This document shows positions 1 through 11,874 of a stretch of 13,334 bases of DNA, piece by piece. The translations under genes and the position numbers were made by a program. Each line of letters opens with the position of its first letter. The stretch's first letter is position 1. This DNA is from Azolla caroliniana (lineage: Eukaryota > Plantae > Polypodiophyta): the NCBI GenBank assembly GCA_043228905.1, contig JBHGNT010000962.1:1-13334 (forward strand), written 5' to 3'. The notes under the pieces were generated by a model, which saw nothing but the letters and a program-made list of their open reading frames with translations, ran no database searches and was not told the DNA's origin.

Positions 1-1333
1 AAAATATACCTATGTCCCAAATGGCATGAAACTCCACCCGCCTAAGCTCCGCTTGATGCGTATTACCTTTTATACCATCCAAAATCCCTCTAAGATTATG
101 TACAATCTCTATCCAAATTCCGGAGATTATTTGAGCAGGTCTTTCAGTCATATTTTGAAATACCTTCAAACATCGAGCCTTCCAAATATACCAAATTGTA
201 ATACTGCTTACCAATTGCCATATTTGAGGTTTATCAGTTTGTATTTGTGGATTCGGAGGGATCAAAATTTTTTCCATCATACCATGCCTCACCATAATAG
301 CATCCGCAACCTCCTCCTGTTCATATTCCATCGGTTTATCATGTACCGCTGCCCATAATACTGCACCCCATGTGTACACTGCTCTAGGATATATTGGAAT
401 TAAAAATTTTATAATTTGTTTCCATATATCCATAGCAAAACCACAACTCCACAAACAATGTTTAGCAGTCTCTATTACATCTGTACAAAAAGGACACATC
501 TTGTCTACATTTCCTTTTCGCCACCCATTAACTGGTATAGCATTATGAACCAACAACCAGCGAAAACCAACAATTTTCCTACTCATCTTTATACCCCATA
601 ACCATTTCCAAAATTGTTTAAGATGTTGTGGAGAAAGGTCATTTCGTCTCCAAACAATATTTGCAGTTGGTTCTTTCCATGATCTAGCAGCTAATACTTT
701 CCTACCAATCCTCACAGAATACTGAAAAAACGGCACATATTTGATGTTATCTTGCATCCTCACCTTCCAATACAGTTCTCCAGGATCCCAAGTTAGTGTA
801 GATATTGATCTCCTTTCCAAAATCCAAATCCTCCACAAACAATTCACCTTTTGAGGATCCGGGTCTAATACCCAATTTGATCCATCATTTGCAATCACCC
901 TCACTTCTTTATGTAAACAAAAACTAAACAAATCATGTTCCATAGATGTACAGATTAACCTACCATCATCCTGTACATCAAAAGTCATGCATTCTTGTTC
1001 CCCAATATAGGCTTTCACTCCAATTAAAACATCCAATGGAGTAAATAAACCCATCCACTTGTGTGTAGTATATCCAATTTGCATTTGAACATTAACAAGG
1101 GCATTCTGGATCGCAGAATACATTATCTTCCCACCCCTTATATTACTAATTAATAGCATTTGTTGATCTATAGATTTAGACAAAAAAATTATCCATGCAC
1201 CTATAGACTGTGCTGGCCCACGATCTAATTCTGCCCATGCACATTTAGTACGCTTTCCCAACATCTCTTCGATTTGTAGTGATTGCATCTTCTTTTGCCA
1301 CAAGTTTAGATTTTGTTTCAACATTTGCTTCAA
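1..1333 (-). mobile_element. L1-clade LINE retrotransposon ORF2, C-terminal portion with zf-RVT domain; 5'-truncated or disrupted, continues past the left edge
   Basis: Manual minus-strand translation is stop-free from 1333 to 2 (444 codons). It contains PFFQYSVRIGRKVL...QFWKWLWGIKMSRKIVGFRWLLVHNAIPVNGWRKGNVDKMCPFCTDVIETAKHCLWSCGFAMDIWK (zf-RVT, C-x2-C-x8-H-x4-C at ~496-443), then IWYIWKARCLKVF, the W-x-I-W-K-x-R-x3-VF motif typical of plant L1 ORF2 C-termini. No RT (Y/F)ADD motif is seen. Confidence 0.88.
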
Positions 1334-1686
1334 TTAATGATTCTTTCTTGGCTTTTAAGATTAACATTTTGGTCTATACTCTTGAATTTGCAATTTTATT
1401 TTGTTCATAGCAAGTGATCCCTCTTTCAAATATTTATGCACGATTTCCCTCTCGTTACAACATGTACATGAAGGAAAATGTAAAGTTGTGGCAGAAGTCA
1501 TGCAGGGGCAATTAATGATTCTTTCTTGGCTTTTAAGATTAACATTTTGGTCTATACTCTTGAATTTGCAATGTTATTTTGTTCATAGCAAGTGACCCCT
1601 CTTTCAAATATTTATGCACGATTTCCCTCTCGTTACAACATGTACATGAAGGAAAATGTAAAGTTGTGGCAGAAGTCATACAGGGG
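1331..1686. repeat. Tandem duplication, 2 x 178 bp
   Basis: Copy 1 (1331-1508) and copy 2 (1509-1686) align without gaps and with 3 substitutions. CAA begins each copy and follows copy 2 (1687-1689). Confidence 0.97.
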
Positions 1687-4600
1687 CAAACAAGCGCGCC
1701 CACGTGAATCAAAAAGCTCATAGCATCCTCATATGATATCAAATGTCAGAGTTCAAATAGTTGAATCAAAGCCAACGAAGCAGGCTATGATATGACCTAA
1801 TAAAATCTATGTTTTGAAATTCAATCCAAGAGACATGAAGGAAAAATGTTTAGTATATGATCCTTCAGTGTTCCTCTCCCACTTTGAGTTACCCTTTTTT
1901 TTGTCTCCCGGGACCCGCACCCCTCTCTTGAGCAAGAATTAATGAATTCCTCGTTGAATGATGCTGTTTTGCAACATCGATGTATCAGACATGGGAAAAT
2001 GGAGGCTCCGATTTCACACTTTATGCATATCCATTGAGGTTTAACCAAACCTATCAAGCTAAACCACGTAAAATAAAAGCGTGGAGCTTACTAATGTCAC
2101 TAGTTATACCCACAAAAGTTTATGAAGTAAATATGTACATCAACTATAGTGACTAAAAAGCTAACGACTTGACCTAAATTTGTTGTTTATAACTCAATGA
2201 CAAGAAGGATGTGGAATTTCTAGAGAACTTAAAATTGTGCAAGCAAGAGTCACACATTGTGCTACCTTTTGACAAACCCACATGAATCAAAGAAAGTTAA
2301 TCTATCAAAGGTTATAAACACATTTTCAAGTAGAGTTATGCGCATATGAATGAAGTGCTACCCAATGTGGTCATTCACTATCCCCTTTCAAGATAACGCA
2401 ACAACATTTAGGAAAAGGCTTGTACCAATGAACTTTTATGCCTAATAAAATAGAAAAAATGCTCAAATTGGCATAATGTATTGTATTGACAATACTAATT
2501 GGCATCCCTAGTAGCATTAGTACCCAAATAATAATAATGGTCATATTTCAATATGTGTGGACTTTAGAAGATTTAATGCAACCACTATTTGAGGCATCTA
2601 TACAATCCCCACATGGAGAGTAGTGGTCAAAGAGGCCCATAACACCTAAACAATATTTCCCACATGCGGGAAAGGAGGTTAACAACATGCCATGGAGATG
2701 AACAAATCAAAAGATGAAATGGTTGCATATGATATCCCACACCTATGCTATATAGAGGTGACCTAATTAGCATATAATGACGAATTGTATAGAGCCAAAC
2801 TACCTACTCAAAAGTAGTCACTATGTTGGCACCACTTTCCCTCAAAGATAACCATTGGTCTCAGTAATTTTTGCATAAAGTTAATTATTGTTTAAGTTTT
2901 CAGTAGCAATAAGCAACAGTTTTGTTTGAGCCAAATTAAACCGCAAAAACCATGGATTAATGGTGTAATTGGTTTTGTTTACTCTAGTTCAAGTTTAGAA
3001 ATTAATAAATTGTTTGTGTGACACCCTCAACCCGAACCATTGCCAACTGCTAATTTAAGGCACTAATTTCCATTGAGATTTCAAGTAGCACACGTAGGTT
3101 CGTGCCATAATGTTTTTGGCTCCACACATGTCAAATGTCGAACGCGTGCATGATGGAACATGTATGTAGAGATAGGTAATTGCATGCATATACAATTTCA
3201 TAAACTCTTATTTGTGTGTTAGCCTTTGGTGGGAGATAGTTATATATTAACACACACAGGAGGGACATGTCAAATTGGATCAACCTAGTGAATAAAATCC
3301 TTCGAGACTAATTATATTGTCACTTCGGAGTGCGAGTACTCTTCCAATTTGTATTTGTACCTACTATTGTAATTAGCAAAACCAATATGTCTGTGTTTGT
3401 GCATTTAGCCTTTGTTATCTTCCATCATTGAGTGTTGTGTTCTTGCTCACTGTTTGCCATTTTTTTCCTATACTGCTCTTGTAAGATCTTTGAGTGATCA
3501 GGTCAAGTTGCACTTGTCTTAACTCCAACAAGAACAAGGATGGGACCATTATTGACAACATCAAGAATGCTCTTTGAACATTTACTCGACCACAAATCCA
3601 AACTCATGGTAGATCCATGTTGTGAAATTAGGGATCAAGCTTTGTTTATAATGTGAACTTTTAGTTTTTCATTTTGTGCACCATTTTTAAATTCCCCCAC
3701 ATTACACAAACGGGGAAAATGTTTTGTGATGATTGTTGGTCCCATTGGTCATGATGGCCCTCATAGACATTAAAATATCATCATTGTGATCTCCTAGTCA
3801 AACTCATCAGTCTTTGGCAAGTAGTTTTTTCGAAGAAACCTTGACTTGTATTGGAATTGCTCTCGATTCTAAATGTTTTTAAAATACCTTTTGTTCAAGT
3901 CCTAATGCAATGAATACAACTATTTCGATTTTAGAGTCATGGGGTCATATTTTATTCATTTGAATACATACAGAACGGAAAAAAAATTGAACATGAATTT
4001 GTGCTCTATACAAATGATAACCCTTTATGACGGCTAAATCGAGATTCCCAACATTACGAGCATGACATTTTTTAAGAGCATTGAAAAACATGACAAAGGA
4101 AATCATTCTTACAATGAAACAAAGTTATGTGGTATGATTTTGTATTGTCACTTCATGTGTGAGAATGCATCGACTTTATGGAGGTGACAGGGGAGCATTG
4201 AATAGTATCTCAATCTTCGGATTATGGCAATATTTATTTGGAATGAGATATTCATGCAGCTCTACAATCAATCAACTTGGCTTAACAAAGGGGGTACATC
4301 GAGATTTGGGCAAGGAAATTCAGGTTGTTGGATGGCCCCACTAAGTTGCCCATAGGCTCGCAGTTTGAGTCAACATAACACTATTTGCTTTATGCCTTTA
4401 CCGTGTTTTTCATTAGTTTAATCTTTTATCGAACAAGTGATAGGTTTTTTATTAAATTGATTTAGTGTAAGGTTAGGTTTCATGTTGTACTATACATTGG
4501 TCTAACTTTCAAATATGGTTTTTTCCGAATGCCTTTTTTTTTGTAATTTTGAATTTTTGTTTAACCTTTGGAGTCTGTGGGTATAGGTCTTAAAGTTATA

Positions 4601-5524
4601 GATTTTGAATTTAGGGAAACCGAATATCCAAAAGCATCATGTAGCTTTTTCTTCACGTTGGACATGAAAAAAGGTTTGAATCCCAAAACCCGAAATTGGT
4701 AGAAATCTAAAGTGAAGTGACATCTTAGGACCACAACACGGTACTTGTTGTTGACGACCCATTAACTTATCCAACAAGGAATTTCACTAACTAGGACCAT
4801 TAAACTTATGGTTGTCGTTCACCAAGGCTTTGCTCTCAACAAATATATATCTAAATAATATGTAAAAATAGACGACCAAGATTGTCTTGATGTGTGTGTA
4901 ACCATTGGATGGATTGAGGCCATGTTCATTGCCCTAATTTGGTCACGCTCTGTGAAGTCATGCCAATTGTTGGTTCAAACTCATGGGTTGTTGCTATGAG
5001 CTCTCAACCATGGATCATTTAGATGAGACCATGCAAAGATCTCTCTTCAATAGAGTTGAAAGTTGAAACTAAGAATGTGTATGAGATTGTGACAATGTCA
5101 ACTTTCAATGAGACATGAAGATTTGCCCATCTTCTTATTATCGAGGAATAAGCTTGTTTCTTCTACTATGTTATATTGGCAAATTTCAAGATGTAACGTT
5201 TATTTCCCAAATAAATCCAATGTCGTATGTTTTTAGGCAGTTAAAATTAAGACAAATAATCCAAATTTACAATGCACATATGCAACATGTAGAAGATAAG
5301 CCAAGAGAAGAAAATGTAGATTTCTTTCCAAAATTATCATTGTCTCAAAAAAGTGAAATGATGTCGATCAGAGGCACGTAAGATTCCCCACTAGATCAAC
5401 AATGTATCTAGTTACTTGTGACCAAAGGTGGTTGTTTCAACAACCATTAAGTATGTAAACAAATAATGTTACCATAGTTGTATGTTTGAGTATGGATTCC
5501 AAAGTACATATACACACTTTGTAG

Positions 5525-5745
5525 GTTTATGGAGGCTAAAGCAAGATGCCAATTTGTTCCAAAGTTGGATTTGCATTTAATGTCATTCATAAAATACTGT
5601 GATGCCTTGTGGCGGCTATGGGAAATGAGATGCGTATGGTACATACTGCGGATTTGTATTTAATGTCCTTTATCAAATTTATTGATCCTTTATGGTGACA
5701 AAAGTGAGATGCTATGCTACAGTGCACATTTAAAGGAGATGCCAT
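5525..5745. repeat. Degenerate ~83-bp tandem repeat (two clear copies plus partial flanking copies)
   Basis: GGATTTG(C/T)ATTTAATGTC...TGAT...TGG...GAGATGC(G)TATG(G/C)TACA...TGC starts at 5567 and 5650. Related fragments are TTTATGGAGGCTAAAGCAAGATGCC (~5526) and GAGATGCCATG (~5736). Confidence 0.75.
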
Positions 5746-6714
5746 GTTAGTAGTACATACATACCCTTCCTTTCAATATGAAGATGAAACAAGTGTCTTA
5801 GGTCCCTTCCCATTTGACTATGATTGTAACGACATATTGTTACAACAATGCAGTCTTTGATTATCCCCATTTATGTTACGAATGGTTTATGAATAGGCTA
5901 AAAACACATTTGATGTTAGAATCTACATGTTATGGAAAACCTCCTTGTATGTTTACATAAGTTTGGAAATAAGAAGGTGGACACTTTCCCTGCATTCTAG
6001 ACATTCTAGACAAGTAATTTTAATCACCTTATATATGACATATAAAACATAACTGTTCACAATGGATTCTCGGTCATGGCTAATGTGTAGTGGGAATTTG
6101 TGCACATATATATTATAATTAAATGAAGAAACAATACCCCATTGTTTCGGGGATTGCTCATACTTCAAAAAATAGCACAATGGCTCTACTAAGGTGTTTC
6201 AACATACATTGTATGTGGGACGAATTTAAGTGTTGGTTCATTTGAAGGGGAGGAAAGATTCGTGGTGGACGAAGCAACAAGCTTCACGTATAAATTGTGA
6301 TGGGCATAGGTGGATCATACAAGGAACCGACATATACTTGTAGACGAAGAAGGATTTATGATGATAGGAGACTTTCAGAAAAAGAAGAAGTCTAGATGTA
6401 TCCATCGACAACTAGAGCTTGTATTCTATCAATGAAGGGAGATGTGTTGCGAATGCATGAGCTTGGGTTCGTAAGAAGGGTTTAGGGTGGTTGTACTTAT
6501 TTGTTTTGCAAACGAGGAGGGATCGTGTACGGGCATGGTTTTTCTCATTCTCTGATAGCACGAGCGGCTTTAGGTAATGGGAAACAAGCGATTCCAATTC
6601 CATGTCCGCAAAAAGCATGTCGACACAGACTTACTCAACTTCATGTCAGCAAGCGACACGATTTCAGGTGCAACAACGTGACTTTCGTGATGAGTAATTT
6701 TTAGTATGGGGGTA

Positions 6715-6884
6715 CAATCCGGCCAGACCCAATCCAATCCAATCCAATCCAATCCAGTGTGGTGTGGTGTGGTCAGGTTCGGTCGAGCTTGACCAAATAT
6801 AGTCTGGTGGGGTCTGGCCCGGTCTAGCCTAACTCTATTCGGTTTGGTCTAGTCTGGCGTGACCCAATCCGGTCTGGTCTGGTC
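6715..6884. repeat. Degenerate pentanucleotide array of 34 in-phase units (CAATC, TGGTG, TGGTC, CGGTC etc.), including (CAATC)5
   Basis: Reads as 34 consecutive 5-mers with no phase shift; 33 of 34 fit N-R-R-Y-N. Confidence 0.85.
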
Positions 6885-6932
6885 TTGTGTGAGACACAGA
6901 GAGGAGCCCCACAAAGCCTCTATTCTCCTCCT

Positions 6933-6934
<2 letters not shown>

Positions 6935-6964
<30 letters not shown>

Positions 6965-7068
6965 CATACATACATACATACATACATACATACATACATA
7001 CATTACATACATTACATACATTACATCATACATTACATACATACATTACATACATTACATACATACAT
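6935..7068. repeat. (TACA)17 microsatellite followed by a TACATACAT-type 9-bp variant array
   Basis: Pure TACA at 6935-7002, then interrupted units with an extra T. Confidence 0.97.
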
Positions 7069-7110
7069 ATTTCAAAGCTTCTTCCTGTCTTTCTTTCCTT
7101 TCTTCAGAGC

Positions 7111-7132
7111 CTCTCTCTCTCTCTCTCTCTCT
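7111..7132. repeat. (CT)11 microsatellite / GAGA-type element
   Basis: Directly visible; lies in the probable actin TSS/5'UTR region. Confidence 0.95.
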
Positions 7133-7167
7133 TCTGCTTCTCCTTCTCCTTCATCACAGTCACCATC

Positions 7168-7203
7168 AAGAAGAAGAAGAAGAAGAAGAAGAAGAAGAAG
7201 AAG
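7168..7203. repeat. (AAG)12 microsatellite
   Basis: Directly visible; produces the poly-K, poly-E and poly-L runs in the ORF track. Confidence 0.97.
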
Positions 7204-7321
7204 AAAGTACAGGTTCCCTGCACCATTCCTCCATATCCGCCGAGCTCTCCACATCTTCTGTCGGGTATATATTTTTTATATGTATATGTATATGTATATT
7301 TTTTTATGTATATGTCTTCCT

Positions 7322-7323
<2 letters not shown>

Positions 7324-7370
<47 letters not shown>
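7324..7370. repeat. (TC)n microsatellite, ~17 pure units plus an interrupted tail
   Basis: Directly visible. Confidence 0.95.
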
Positions 7371-7451
7371 GTATATCGATCTGCTTCACATTTTTTCAAT
7401 TCTGTTTGAATCTCCCGCCTTTCTTTCCATTCTTCTTTATTATCCATCTCT

Positions 7452-7469
7452 ATCGATCGATCGATCGAT
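7452..7469. repeat. (ATCG)4AT perfect 18-bp palindromic microsatellite
   Basis: ATCGATCGATCGATCGAT equals its own reverse complement. Confidence 0.95.
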
Positions 7470-8796
7470 TGCTCCTTCCGTCTTTACCCTCCCCACTTCT
7501 CTGTGCATCTCTCTCCTCTCCCCCCCCCTTATTTCTTGCCTTCCTCCTTCTCCCCCTTTGTATTCGATCGCTGTCTCTCTCTTTCATCAAACCTCTTCTT
7601 CTTCTTCTTTGGATCGCCTTCTCTCTTTGCTCAGGTATGTTATAGCAGCTCCTCCACTATCTCTGTACGCCTACAAATATGTAGCCTCATTTTTGGTGTG
7701 TTTCAAATCTCGCGCTCAATTCTCTACGAATCTCCTTACTTTCTTCTTTCCTAAATCTGTTCGTCTTTCCTCGGTTTGGCGCACATATTCTATTAGATAT
7801 GCCATTGATGCTTCTCATCCTTTGTATATATACCCAACCTCTTGAGGTATCTCCGAATGTTTTGAATCGTCCCCTCTTTTTGTAGTTCCTTTGGATCGTT
7901 CAATCCATCTTGCTATGTTGTTTATCTTCTTTTGGATCTGATCTCGTATTCTCTAAGGTATGCATCACATTTCTCTTTCTCTGCATTTCTTGACAGAAAT
8001 ATATATATAACTTTAGTTGATTCAAATTGATTTAAATCTCCCAGCTTGCTTAGTTCATTTTCCTTCTTTCCCTGCATCTGTTCTTCTTTTGGATTGAACT
8101 TCTGTCTTTCTTCTCTCCTTCACTTTCTCTGTATATGTATACAAAATTATCGCTCCCGTGTGTTCAAACTTACATATTTTCCTCTAGATCAGATCGGCTT
8201 CTACTGCATGACCTCTGTATACTGGCGTACCCAAAATATTTCTTTTGGTTCTCCTCTGTGTTTGAATCTCCCGCCTCTCGTTTCTCTCTTCTCCACCGGT
8301 TCAGATCCCGCCTTTTTCAATTTCCGTGTTTTCTTTTATTCAAATTGATGCTGTCTGTCATTAGCTGTAATTTTTTGCTTTCTCTTTCAAGCTATCAGTT
8401 CAGTCTAAATTCTTCATCTTTTCTCATATTTCTCTGTAAAATATCTCTTCTTTAGTCTTTTTTTTGTGTATTTTCTTCTCATTTGCTTCATCTTCAATTA
8501 TTTTATTTTATTTAATCTGCACCATTTGTCCTACTGTAGCCATTTCATGTTTTGTATTTCTGCATCCATGTCTTCATTTGGTTTTGTCTTCTTCTTTTTC
8601 TTGTTCCCCATGCAAGAAAATTTTCACCCTTTGCTTTGATCCTTGCCTTCATTTGGCTTCTGTTTTCCACTGAGCATTTGTTTTCTTTTCCCGGTCAAGG
8701 GTTAATATACATAGGAAATGAATTTTATGTTTGTGATCTGTTCAAATTCTCTTTCTTGATACACTGTTCTAACCTTCTATTTCTCAGTAGTGAAAA

Positions 8797-10789
<1,993 letters not shown>

Positions 10790-11254
10790 ATGAAATTAAT
10801 ATTTTGATGCTAAGATTATTACCATCTAGTTTGTGAGGTTTGATGGATGTAGAACATACCTGTTTGTAGTTTTCTGCTGACATTTTGGTCATATTCTACT
10901 AGCATTTTGTATACGAATTCTGGGTATGTTTTTTTGTGTAATGGTACCCCATATCAGTGGGGGATTAATTTGCAGTTTTGTTTTACACGGAAAAGATATA
11001 TTGTTTTAGAATTGGCTTGAATTGATCAACAGTTGCTTGTAAAGTAGGCACTTTGTACTACTACATTTGATCCTTGGATTAGATGTGGCAATTATTCATT
11101 GGTTAGGGTTACAAATGAAGCTAGACCTACATGTTAAAACATAAGTATTACGTGTTGACTTGTAAGTTATCAAACAAATGGATATGCAAGGCATGCAATT
11201 AATGTGAGGAATATAAATTGGTATGTGTTGCAATGTATGTGTATATGTATATCG

Positions 11255-11302
<48 letters not shown>
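11255..11302. repeat. Compound microsatellite (CT)11(AT)13
   Basis: Directly visible. Confidence 0.97.
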
Positions 11303-11874
11303 TGACATGTGGTAACAAAATTTGATTTTGGATCCAAAGTTACTGCAAAGAACATTTCCATTGTAACGACAACACCTTGTTTAGTGTGCCCAAAATGGGA
11401 ATTCTGGTAATGGAACCATCTCATCTCTTCATTAACTTCTTTGTAAGTTGATATTAAGAGCTTCAAAAGCCATTACAGTATAGTTTTCTTACCTGAACTG
11501 TTCAGGACACTATCTGTATCAAATCCAGTGCGAAGGATATCTTTTCAAAAATTAAATATTTGTTTTGCTGTAAGTTTGCAACATGCATATGTGAGGAGTG
11601 TCAACCCAATGCGGAGGAGGTGAAAGATACACTATAAGGGCTGGGGTCTAATGCTGTTTATCGAAGGGGAGTTTACCACATATACATGCTCCTACGTTAA
11701 AGAAAATAACGAAGTCGAGGTTCTCTTTAATCATGCGAAGTGAAGATTAATCAAACTGTATTAAGGAATCTAGTAGGTGCTTTCTCTTACTTCTCATAAA
11801 ATTGTGAGGGTGGAGGGGATCAATGTGGAAGTGCGAGTGTTCTTGAAACACTTATGTGGAATTGGTAGAGGAGG

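Larger units (their letters stand above)
7070..7264 (+). promoter_or_regulatory. Probable actin transcription-start region and non-coding first exon
   Basis: CT-rich (Y-patch) and GAA-rich sequence ending at the candidate donor CGG|GTATAT (GT at 7265), followed by T/AT-rich sequence. Plant actins typically have a leader exon and a 5'UTR intron. Boundaries are inferred. Confidence 0.5.
7265..8787 (+). other. Actin 5'UTR leader intron (donor uncertain: 7265, 7635 or 7958)
   Basis: Strongly T/C-rich stretch ending in TTCTATTTCTCAG|TAGTGAAAAATG, 9 nt upstream of the ATG, which is the usual position of plant actin leader introns. Contains a TTNGATYTG intron-mediated-enhancement-type motif at 7932-7940. 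Confidence 0.7.

Noticed and set aside
26-601. Plus-strand ORFs of 110 and 61 aa
   Set aside because: Antisense shadows of the minus-strand LINE frame.
1331-1686. 178-bp unit equal in length to the Arabidopsis centromeric satellite monomer
   Set aside because: Only two copies in a genic region, with no recognisable similarity; the length match is coincidental.
1539-2057. Cys-rich minus-strand ORFs (67 and 78 aa) upstream of the LINE frame
   Set aside because: No recognisable motif or zinc-finger spacing, and they are separated from the LINE frame by three stops.
2141-2828. Imperfect inverted repeat CAACTATAGTGACTA / TAGTCACTATGTTG as possible TIRs
   Set aside because: Short, needs a gap, does not extend, and has no TSD; compatible with chance.
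3250-3289. CTAGT as a possible Helitron 3' end
   Set aside because: No convincing GC-rich hairpin upstream.
4159-6752. Short ORFs (60-88 aa) in the intergenic region
   Set aside because: No recognisable motifs or consistent splice structure; lengths are as expected by chance.
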